This document shows, one piece after another, positions 38,951 to 47,270 of a stretch of DNA of 64,000 nucleotides. Both the position numbers and the translations under genes were made by a program. The notes beneath the pieces were generated by a model that had not been told where the DNA came from, did not search any database, and saw nothing but the letters and a program-made list of their open reading frames with translations. The DNA comes from Lachnospiraceae bacterium (GTDB lineage Bacteria > Bacillota > Clostridia > Lachnospirales > Lachnospiraceae): NCBI GenBank assembly GCA_014804755.1, contig JAAUZE010000008.1, positions 100,109 to 164,108 on the forward strand, given 5' to 3'. Position 1 is the stretch's first letter, and each line of letters opens with the position of its first letter.

Positions 38951-39072
38951 TTTTTTAACACAAACATGACACACAGATGTCATGTTTTGCGTTCTATGAT
39001 AAATAAAAGCGGAGACAGAAGCGATAAAAGCGATGTGCCGCGGGCGAGGGTGCGGCATACAGGAGGACCGCC

Positions 39073-39987
39073 ATGAAAATAGACAGACTGATCGGAATTT
39101 TGTCCATATTACTGCAAAAGGATACCGTGACCGCGCCTGACCTGGCGGAGAAGTTTGAGGTTTCCAGACGAACGATCAACCGGGATATTGAAGATCTGTG
39201 TAAAGCGGGCATTCCCATTGTGACGCGGCAGGGAGCGGGCGGCGGCATCTCGATCATGGACAACTATAAGATAGACCGGACACTAGTGAATCACGCGGAG
39301 ATGCAGGATATTCTCGCGGGGCTTCGCAGCTTAGACAGCGTAAACGGAACCAATCGGTACGGACAATTGATGGAAAAATTATCGGTCGGTTCCTCGGATT
39401 TTTTAGTCGGAAATCAGTCAGTGCTGATCGATCTCTCCTCGTGGTATAAAGAATCACTTGCGCCCAAGATCGAATTGATACGCGCCGCGATCGATGTGAA
39501 AAAAGAACTGCTGTTTACCTACTATTCTCCGAGCGGTGAATCCGTCCGGCGCATCGAGCCGTATTATCTGATCTTTCGATGGTCAAGCTGGTATGTGTGG
39601 GGCTTTTGCAAAATGCGGGAGGATTTCCGGCTGTTCAAGCTAAACCGCATGGAGGATGTGCGCGTGTCGGAGGAGGTGTTTGTAAAGAGGAAAGCAGATG
39701 TGCCGGATTTAAATGATGAGGGTATCTTTCCCGGCGGAATCAAGGTGAAAGCACTTTTTGAACCGGAATGCAAATGGAGACTGGTCGAAGAGTTCGGGAC
39801 GGAATGCTTTCGGGAAACGGAGAACGGGAAGCTGCTTTTTCAGGCGGATTATACAAACAGGGAAAATCTGATCACGTGGCTCATGACGTTTCGGGAAAAA
39901 GTGGAGCTTTTGGAACCGGAGGAGATCCGGGCGGAGCTTATCGCGTGTTTTGAGAGGATACGCAGAAAATATGATTCGGGCAGCTAG
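39073..39987 (+). CDS. WYL-domain transcriptional regulator (HTH N-terminus, YafY-like)
   Basis: N-terminal KIDRLIGILSILLQKDTVTAPDLAEKFEVSRRTINRDIEDL HTH_11-type; middle WYL-like and C-terminal WCTD-like regions. Confidence 0.7.
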   Translation: MKIDRLIGILSILLQKDTVTAPDLAEKFEVSRRTINRDIEDLCKAGIPIVTRQGAGGGISIMDNYKIDRTLVNHAEMQDILAGLRSLDSVNGTNRYGQLMEKLSVGSSDFLVGNQSVLIDLSSWYKESLAPKIELIRAAIDVKKELLFTYYSPSGESVRRIEPYYLIFRWSSWYVWGFCKMREDFRLFKLNRMEDVRVSEEVFVKRKADVPDLNDEGIFPGGIKVKALFEPECKWRLVEEFGTECFRETENGKLLFQADYTNRENLITWLMTFREKVELLEPEEIRAELIACFERIRRKYDSGS

Positions 39988-40088
39988 AGAACGGCGGTTC
40001 GGGGGTAAATGGTACAGGCGATGGAGAGAAATAGGATACCTTGTGCATATACTTAAACGCATAGATGGAGTAAGATAGGAGGACAAAG

Positions 40089-40841
40089 ATGAGATATACA
40101 TGGATCGATGAATTTTTGTTAAGCAAACCGGGAGTGACGAAGGATTTGCAGAATGATTGGAATTGGCTTCGCTATCAGATCGGCGGCAAGATGTTCGCGG
40201 CCATCTGCATGGGGGAAAACGATGAGCCTTACTATATCACATTGAAACTGGAACCGATGGAGGGGGAGTTCTTCAGACAGCAATATGAGGACATTGTTCC
40301 CGGCTTTTATATGAATAAAGTGCATTGGAATTCCGTGAAGCCGGACGGCGCAGTACCGGATGAGCTGTTAAAAGATATGCTGGACAAGTCGTATCAGCTG
40401 GTACTTGGCGGACTGAGCAAGAAAAAGCAGAAGGAGATATTGGAAGGCGCGGCTTGCGGTCAGATTGCGGACAGCGAAAAAGGAGCATCGGGCGGAAGCG
40501 GGGATTATGGCAGGGAGGCTGCGCACGAAGCCGGAAACACTTGCGGCGGTACTGCGCACGAAGCACTCAGCTGCTGCGGTACGCAGTGCAGGGAATGCGC
40601 CTGCTATGGAACGATGTGCAAGGGCTGTAATGAGAGTGCCGGAAAAGTGTTCCACGCGCCGGAGGGACAGGCCTGCCCCATTTATGAATGCTCGGTTAAT
40701 CAAAAAAAGCAGAAAAACTGCGGCGGCTGTCAGAACCTTCCGTGCGATATTTGGAGAAACACGAAAGACCCGTCCATGTCGGATGAGGAATTTGAAAACA
40801 ATATCCGGCAGCGAGTCGAAAATGTGAGAAAAACTTGTTGA
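40089..40841 (+). CDS. MmcQ/YjbR-family domain fused to Cys-rich DUF3795-like domain
   Basis: N-terminal YjbR-like region; C-terminal CCGTQCRECACYGTMCKGCNESAG...CPIYEC...CGGCQNLPCDIW cysteine array. Confidence 0.5.
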   Translation: MRYTWIDEFLLSKPGVTKDLQNDWNWLRYQIGGKMFAAICMGENDEPYYITLKLEPMEGEFFRQQYEDIVPGFYMNKVHWNSVKPDGAVPDELLKDMLDKSYQLVLGGLSKKKQKEILEGAACGQIADSEKGASGGSGDYGREAAHEAGNTCGGTAHEALSCCGTQCRECACYGTMCKGCNESAGKVFHAPEGQACPIYECSVNQKKQKNCGGCQNLPCDIWRNTKDPSMSDEEFENNIRQRVENVRKTC

Positions 40842-40956
40842 ATTCGCGCTAATGATCGCAAACGCAGGAGAAACGAAAAAACCTAGGGCGGTATGCGTTT
40901 ACGGCGGAATGTTCGAAAACATGCAAAAGTAGAAAGAAAAGAGGAAGGAAAGCACA

Positions 40957-41591
40957 TGGCATTTGATTATAAAAAAGAATACAAGCAATTTTACATGCCC
41001 AAAAACAAACCGGGTATTGTGGAAATACCGCCCATGAATTATCTGGCGGTTCGCGGCAGCGGAGATCCGAATGAAGAAGGAAGCGAGTACAAGCAGTCCA
41101 TCGGACTGCTCTACGCGATCGCGTTTACAATCAAAATGAGCAAAATGGGTGATCACCGGATCGAGGGATATTTCGACTATGTTGTTCCGCCGCTGGAAGG
41201 CTTTTGGTGGCAGGATGGTGTAAAGGGAATCGATTATAGCCATAAAGAAAATTTTCAATTTATTTCCGTTATCAGACTGCCCGATTTTGTGACAAAAGCA
41301 GATTTTGACTGGGCAATCGGGGAAGCGGAGCGGAAAAAGAAAGCGGATTTTTCAAAAGTGGAATGGATGACCTACAATGAGGGTCTGTGCGTGCAATGCA
41401 TGCATATCGGCGCATATGACGATGAGCCGAAAACGGTCCGACTGATGCATGATTTTATGGAGGAGCAGGGTTATGAGCTTGACATTACGGAAAGCCGTTA
41501 TCATCATGAGATTTATTTAAGCGACGCAAGAAAGGTGGCGCCTGAACGGCTTAAAACTGTTTTAAGACATCCAATCAAAAGCGCACTGTGA
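40957..41591 (+). CDS. GyrI-like small-molecule-binding domain protein
   Basis: MAFDYKKEYKQFYMPKNKPGIVEIPPMNYLAVRGSGDPNEEGSEYKQSIGLLYAIAFTIKMS typical of GyrI-like family. Confidence 0.65.
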
Positions 41592-41712
41592 TGAAAGGAT
41601 TGACATACGGGAGAGCAATTATAGTCTTATTCTTTTTACGGAATTGTGCACCCGTTTATAATTGGTTATAATTGCAATAACAATAAGAATTATACGGAAA
41701 AGGAGACTGAAA

Positions 41713-42135
41713 ATGCAGATCGTACCTACGCTAAGTTTTGGAGGAAATTGTCGGGAAGCCATTCATATGTATGAAAAGGCATTTAATGGGAAGATTAGTT
41801 GTCTGATTACATATGGAGAAGCGAATGATCCCGAATATAATCCGTTGCTTAAAGAAAATCAAAAAGAGTATATATACCATTCGGAACTTGTATTGGGCAA
41901 TCAAAGAATCATTATGAGCGACCATGTGGATATTGAATTTCAAACGTGCTATTCAAATTTCCTCACTGTTATGTATGATACAAAAGAAGAAGTGCAAAGA
42001 GCATATGAAATCATGAAAGAAGGAAGTAAGACAATATATCAACTGGAAGCGACTCCATATAGTTCTTGTCGAGTTGTTTTTGTTGATAAGTTTGGAATTC
42101 GTTGGGGAATTATGACCGAGCAAACAGCGGAATAA
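41713..42135 (+). CDS. VOC/glyoxalase-family (PhnB-like) protein
   Basis: MQIVPTLSFGGNCREAIHMYEKAF pattern. Confidence 0.55.
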   Translation: MQIVPTLSFGGNCREAIHMYEKAFNGKISCLITYGEANDPEYNPLLKENQKEYIYHSELVLGNQRIIMSDHVDIEFQTCYSNFLTVMYDTKEEVQRAYEIMKEGSKTIYQLEATPYSSCRVVFVDKFGIRWGIMTEQTAE

Positions 42136-42159
42136 AGCAGAGATGCGGGAGAGTCAGTT

Positions 42160-42873
42160 ATGTGCGGACGCTACTATATGGAGGATGATACTGCAAAAGA
42201 GATCGAGAAAGTCATTCGCTGGGTGGATGAAAAACTGCGCGCACAGCGGACTGTGCAGGAAGCAACGCGGAAACAGGAGGCAGGAATTACGCAGGAGAAG
42301 AACCCTTGGAATGAAGGAAAAGGGAACGTTGCGGCAGGAATCGGGAAGGCGGGAGACATTTACCCTGCGGCACTTGCACCCGTGCTCGGCGCCGGGATGG
42401 AAACCGCCGGATACAGAACCTTAGATTGCCGCATGCTGCGCTGGGGACTGCCGGGATATACGCTGAAGGGAAACGGCAAAAAAGGACAGGTTATTTTTAA
42501 TGCACGGAGCGAAACTGCGATGGAGAAACCGACCTTTCGGGAGGGGATAAAAAACCATCGCATTGTGATCCCGGCGGCGGGCTTTTATGAGTGGAACCAC
42601 AAAAAAGAAAAATATCGTTTTCGCAGAACCGATTCGCCCGTACTTTTTATGGCGGGATGTTTTCGGCGTTATGAGGACGGCGATCGGTTTGTCATCCTGA
42701 CAACGGCGGCGAATGCATCTATGGAACCGGTGCATGACCGCATGCCGCTTATTTTGGAACCGGACGAGATCGCGGATTGGATATGGGACGGGGAGCGGAC
42801 GAAAAATCTGTTGGAAAAACAACCCTGCCTTTTAGAGCGCACGACGGACTATGAGCAGATGACGCTCTTTTAA
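42160..42873 (+). CDS. SOS response-associated peptidase (SRAP/YedK family, abasic-site processing)
   Basis: N-terminal MCGRY with catalytic Cys2; RBS GGGAGAG. Confidence 0.8.
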   Translation: MCGRYYMEDDTAKEIEKVIRWVDEKLRAQRTVQEATRKQEAGITQEKNPWNEGKGNVAAGIGKAGDIYPAALAPVLGAGMETAGYRTLDCRMLRWGLPGYTLKGNGKKGQVIFNARSETAMEKPTFREGIKNHRIVIPAAGFYEWNHKKEKYRFRRTDSPVLFMAGCFRRYEDGDRFVILTTAANASMEPVHDRMPLILEPDEIADWIWDGERTKNLLEKQPCLLERTTDYEQMTLF

Positions 42874-42895
42874 GCGCATGGAAAAAAATACCCAC
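42826..42895. repeat. Direct repeat copy A (3' end of SRAP gene plus 22 nt)
   Basis: ~70 bp with ~6 mismatches to 45539-45608. Confidence 0.8.
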
Positions 42896-43257
42896 AACGT
42901 GCATTTTAGATATATTCCTGAATTGTAAAGTTAACTTCCATATGAAACGGTAAATTCTACATGCACTTTGAAAACGCCATAAATTTTAAAGTTTTTAGTT
43001 ACGATAACTTCCGAAATGTGGTATACTCATCTCAAATTTATGCTAAAAATCGTGTTTAGAAGCATGGCAAACAGGCCTCTGGAAGATGGGTGTGTCAGAC
43101 TAACTTCTACAGGCCGTTAGAGATATGTTTGATTTCTGACCAGCGGCGGTTTTGCATAAGTTTATAAAGCTACTTAAGCAGCTTCGGGGACAGCTTTACT
43201 TCATCGGGTGCGATGTACCGGAGCTGCAGCTTTTGTAGCGTCTCCAGATCTGAGAGG

Positions 43258-43503
43258 ATGGTTCCTTTAAAAATAGTTAGTGCATTATTAATTGTTTCAC
43301 CAATTATTGTACCCATTTCTCCAATTAACAACATTGATATTATATTATCTATTCCGCTAGCATTTTTGGGATTGGCAATTATTGTTGCATGCTCTGTTAA
43401 TGATTATGAGAGCAAAGAACCTTTAGAGTTGAAAGATAAAATTGACCATAATAAATGTACAATAGGTTCTTGTAATCAACTAATTAATTATTTATCAAAA
43501 TAA
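43258..43503 (+). CDS. Hypothetical small hydrophobic protein
   Basis: AT-rich ORF inside the islet; weak. Confidence 0.25.
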   Translation: MVPLKIVSALLIVSPIIVPISPINNIDIILSIPLAFLGLAIIVACSVNDYESKEPLELKDKIDHNKCTIGSCNQLINYLSK

Positions 43504-43737
43504 GCATTTAAGTCAAACACATAGTCGTAAGTAACAGGTAGTAAAATTTGAAATACTTAAAGCATAATATAGTGTTACAAAAGAAATAAGACATCAACTA
43601 ATGTGTTTTTATTGTACGACTACCCTTTCATATTATGCAAAAATATGTTCTGTATAGTATTGACACGCAATATGTAGTATAATGTCAATATTGGTATTTT
43701 ATTATAAAACCATTGACAATTGCGAGGAAAATATTAA

Positions 43738-44480
43738 TGAAATCGATAGGAACTTCAATGCATGAAGATTTATCACTATTTATAGATGAATCTGGCAGCA
43801 TAACTAAAACTAATATATCTTTTAATAGGTACTTTATTATTGCCATTCTATTTACACGGAAATATAGTAGATTGCAAAGATATTTTCAAAAGGGAATTGC
43901 GTCTTTATTGCAAAACCCCAAATATAAAATAATGCTGGAAGAAAATGGAGAAATAAAGGGAAGTAAGTTATCGGAAACAAAAAAGAAACCTATTTACGAT
44001 CGTATTATAAGAAATTGCTCAGAAGATTTTGAATTGGGAATAATTGTTTTAGATAATACATATACTACAGATGAGTTTATAAAAAATCATGCTAGAACAT
44101 TCAATTATATATTGCAACTCTACTTAGATAATATGTTTAGACATTGTAGTAAGTATTCTAAAAATACAAGAGATATGAGAATATTGATAGATGAACAAAA
44201 TATTTCTACAGATGCTAAGTATACATTGGATGATTATCTAGAACAGCATTTTACTGTTATGAATCCATTATGTCGCACGGTAGATGTTAAATATACAGAT
44301 TCTAAAAACCACCCTATGATTCAATTAATTGACTTTATATCTAACACTTTTTATCGAAACCTTGAAAAACATGATAAAACAAGTATAGAAACTGTAAAAA
44401 TGTTACTTCCCTATGTTTGTGGCGGAAAAATATTTGATTTTTCAACTAATCATGACACAAGATTAATGTTGGATGAATAA
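43738..44480 (+). CDS. DUF3800-family protein
   Basis: N-terminal LSLFIDESGS motif characteristic of DUF3800; RBS GAGGAAA. Confidence 0.55.
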
Positions 44481-44493
44481 TATAGAATGTACT

Positions 44494-44522
44494 TGACAAC
44501 ATTATTATGGTATGTTATATTT
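44494..44522 (+). promoter_or_regulatory. Sigma-70-type promoter with extended -10 (TTGACA-17-TGT-TATATT)
   Basis: TTGACA 44494-44499, 17-nt spacer, TGTTATATT 44514-44522. Confidence 0.45.
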
Positions 44523-44528
44523 ACTTCA

Positions 44529-44684
44529 CCAAGTAATTTCCCTTATACGGTGCATGAGGATGTAAGGCGGCTGTAATGTCGTCCACCATAGGGTTTTGGT
44601 AGAAAGACATTCCAGATATGGGATGTTTTTTCGCTTTATAAGTAAATATTTTCATATATAAAAGAGACGGGATTGATCACCTCG
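44529..44684 (+). ncRNA. Candidate ~155-nt sRNA within islet, antisense to a 44-codon minus-strand ORF
   Basis: Promoter upstream; intrinsic terminator AGAGACGG-loop-CCTCGTCTCT + TTTTATT at 44652-44687; no ORF >30 codons on plus strand. Confidence 0.35.
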
Positions 44685-44970
44685 TCTCTTTTATTACAAT
44701 GCCCTTTTATTAATTTTAGAAAGGATGTGATCTGATCAATCTAATACTACCACATAGTCCTACAATTAGATTGTGTCAATCACCAAAGCTGTTAACCAAG
44801 CTTTTACAGACTCAGGAGAAACTTAAGAAGAATGTTGTGAAAAAGCAAGAAATGTTGACGTGTGTTTGCTGTTCTTATTTATGTTGAACTGCAGGCCTTT
44901 TTCGGGTATAATTCATTCATGGCAGGAAAATAGGTTTCCGATTGGTTCGATCATGAGAGGGGGATTTCCC

Positions 44971-45213
44971 ATGAGCACTTTAGATGCAACAGTTTCCATG
45001 CTGGAAGCAATGCCGGAGGAGGCAAGAATCAAGGTTTTGGAATTTACGAAGCAGTTGTTCAACTCCAGAAAGCCGGCCAATCCGTTTGTCCCGGTCAGTC
45101 AGAGGCAGGTTCATTCCGACCTTACGGAATCACGTCAGCAGATTGCTGCCGGACAGGGATTGAATATGGAAGACGCTTTAGACAGAATGGGAAAACAGCA
45201 TGAATTCATTTGA
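44971..45213 (+). CDS. Type II antitoxin (RelB/DinJ/Phd-like)
   Basis: 80-aa acidic protein whose stop overlaps the ParE/RelE-like toxin start; RBS GAGAGGGGGA. Confidence 0.5.
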   Translation: MSTLDATVSMLEAMPEEARIKVLEFTKQLFNSRKPANPFVPVSQRQVHSDLTESRQQIAAGQGLNMEDALDRMGKQHEFI

Positions 45214-45523
45214 TGTAATTATTTCACCAAAAGCATTGTCTCAACTGAACAGTTATGTTGATTATCTGCAATATACGCTGCTGAATGATCAGGCAGCTCG
45301 TAATGTGTGGCAGGATGCCATGGAAACACGGGATCAGCTTTCAAAAGCTGTCGAGGGTCTGAAACCCTGTTCTTATCCTCTGCTAAAAAAGAACGAATAC
45401 TGTGTCATCCATTTCATGCGGCACCGCTATCTGATGCTTTATCGGATAGAGGGATCGACCATTTATGTGGATGCGATATATCATCAGCTTCAGGACTATG
45501 AAAATATTTTTGCAGATGAATGA
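45200..45523 (+). CDS. Type II toxin, RelE/ParE family
   Basis: 107 aa; ...HFMRHRYLMLYRIEGSTIYVDAIYH C-terminal pattern of RelE/ParE. Confidence 0.6.
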   Translation: MNSFDVIISPKALSQLNSYVDYLQYTLLNDQAARNVWQDAMETRDQLSKAVEGLKPCSYPLLKKNEYCVIHFMRHRYLMLYRIEGSTIYVDAIYHQLQDYENIFADE

Positions 45524-45538
45524 GGCCGGTCAAAGCAC

Positions 45539-45608
45539 AAAGGCGGCCCTGTCTTTTAGAGCGTACGACGGACTATGAGCAGATGACGCTCGTTTAAACA
45601 TATGGAAA
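45539..45608. repeat. Direct repeat copy B (displaced SRAP 3' end)
   Basis: Matches 42826-42895; coding-frame differences are synonymous (Cys TGC/TGT, Arg CGC/CGT) plus F->V. Confidence 0.8.
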
Positions 45609-45618
45609 AAAATACCGG

Positions 45619-45647
45619 TTGAAAGCAGAACGTATGTTTGCTATAAT
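45619..45647 (+). promoter_or_regulatory. Promoter (TTGAAA-17-TATAAT) with Cheo/LexA-box-like AGAACGTATGTTTG in spacer
   Basis: TTGAAA 45619-45624, TATAAT 45642-45647; GAAC-N4-GTTT at 45628-45639. Confidence 0.5.
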
Positions 45648-45661
45648 GTGTCACACAGGAG

Positions 45662-46936
45662 GTGAACACACGTTTGAAATCAGTGATATTTCATATTGAT
45701 GTGAATGCAGCCTTCCTTAGTTGGGAGGCTGTTTATCGTCTGTATCATAAAGGAGGGACAGTGGATCTTCGCGAGATCCCTTCAGCGGTAGCGGGAGATG
45801 CAAGTCTGCGCCACGGCATTATTCTTGCCAAGTCCATACCGGCGAAGCGATATGGCATACAGACGGGCGAGAGCATACCGGAGGCAAAAAGAAAGTGTCC
45901 GGGGCTCACGCTTGCCGCGCCGAACTATAACCTGTATGAGCGCTGCTCTGCGGCGGTGATGGAGATCCTGCGGGAATACTCGGACACCGTGGAGCAGTAC
46001 AGCATTGACGAGGCATTTGTGGATATGACGCAGACCTGCCATTTGTTCGGGGAGCCGGAGCAGACTGCGGAAATGATAAAGGATCGGATTCATCGTGAAT
46101 TGGGATTTACGGTGAATGTGGGGGTGTCGGAAAACAAGCTGCTCGCTAAGATGGCGTCTGATTTTCGGAAGCCGGATAAGGTGCATACACTGTGGAAGTC
46201 GGAAATACAGAGGAAAATGTGGCCGCTCTCCGTATCGGAGCTGTTTTTTGTGGGAAGGGCGACCGCGAAAAAACTATTTTCTGTCGGGATCAGGACGATC
46301 GGGGAGCTTGCGCAGGCGGATCCGGCATATATCAAGAGCATACTCAAAAAGCAGGGAGAGATCGTGTGGGCATTTGCGAACGGGCTGGATTCTTCCCCGG
46401 TGATGAAGCAGGCTCCGGCCAACAAAGGATACGGGAACAGCACAACCACTCCTTTTGACGTGACGGATGCGCCGACAGCCAAAAAAGTGTTGTTGGCGCT
46501 GTCGGAAACGGTGGCGGCAAGGCTTCGCGCAGATGGCGTGCAGATCGGTGTGGCTGCCGTGGGGATCAAAGGAACGGATTTCTCCTACTGCTCGCACCAG
46601 CGTGTACTGCCGGTTTCCACCAATATTACGCTGGAGATTTATCAGGCGGCGTGCGGGCTGTTTGACGAGCTTTGGGGCGGGAGTCCGATCCGGCATCTGG
46701 GCGTGCATACCTCCGGCGTATGCAGAGAGAACTTCACAAGACAGATGAGCCTGTTTGACGGGGCGGACTACGAAAAGCTGGCACGACTGGATACGGCGGT
46801 GGACGCTGTTCGGGAACGGTTCGGCGCGGATGCGTTGATGAGGGCAGCCTTTTTAAATCAACCGATTGACCATATGAGCGGAGGAATCTCAAGAGAAAAG
46901 AGAGAGGCGGATTACAGCGGAATGAAACCGGAATAG
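45662..46936 (+). CDS. Y-family DNA polymerase (DinB/UmuC-like)
   Basis: IFHIDVNAAFLSWE (DMDAFFAS-like), SIDEAF, little-finger domain; the in-frame TTG at 45674 may be the true start. Confidence 0.85.
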   Translation: MNTRLKSVIFHIDVNAAFLSWEAVYRLYHKGGTVDLREIPSAVAGDASLRHGIILAKSIPAKRYGIQTGESIPEAKRKCPGLTLAAPNYNLYERCSAAVMEILREYSDTVEQYSIDEAFVDMTQTCHLFGEPEQTAEMIKDRIHRELGFTVNVGVSENKLLAKMASDFRKPDKVHTLWKSEIQRKMWPLSVSELFFVGRATAKKLFSVGIRTIGELAQADPAYIKSILKKQGEIVWAFANGLDSSPVMKQAPANKGYGNSTTTPFDVTDAPTAKKVLLALSETVAARLRADGVQIGVAAVGIKGTDFSYCSHQRVLPVSTNITLEIYQAACGLFDELWGGSPIRHLGVHTSGVCRENFTRQMSLFDGADYEKLARLDTAVDAVRERFGADALMRAAFLNQPIDHMSGGISREKREADYSGMKPE

Positions 46937-46946
46937 GAGGTGCGCG

Positions 46947-47258
46947 ATGGCATTCGGGGCAGGAAAAGAACATCAGGACGGGCATGCAGGGCAGATACGC
47001 GGGAGGCAGCAGGAGGTTGCCTGTGAGTGCTGGTTTACCAGTACCGGGAGGCTGATACCATTGATGCTGAAGTTAAAAGACGAGGACGGAATGTGCCGAA
47101 CCGTCAGACCGATCATGGTGCATTCCGCTGAGAAAAAAATGTATGCGGGCACGCCCTTTATCGAGTTTGACTGTGAGATTGTGGTGAGGGAACAAAGGAT
47201 ACGCGTATGGCTGATCTATTATCAGAGTGAGAACCGCTGGGTGTTGAACTTCCGGTGA
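46947..47258 (+). CDS. YolD-like small protein (putative UmuD-like accessory)
   Basis: 103-aa ORF immediately downstream of the Y-family polymerase, as in B. subtilis uvrX-yolD; assigned from context more than sequence. Confidence 0.4.
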   Translation: MAFGAGKEHQDGHAGQIRGRQQEVACECWFTSTGRLIPLMLKLKDEDGMCRTVRPIMVHSAEKKMYAGTPFIEFDCEIVVREQRIRVWLIYYQSENRWVLNFR

Positions 47259-47270
47259 CGGTGGGAACTG

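Noticed and set aside
42896-43257. Additional sRNA at the left end of the islet (extended -10 TGTGGTATACT near 43014 plus imperfect hairpin GGCCTCTGGAAG…CTTCTACAGGCC)
   Set aside because: The promoter lacks a good -35 and the hairpin has two mismatches and no U-tract. It is too weak to call from sequence alone.
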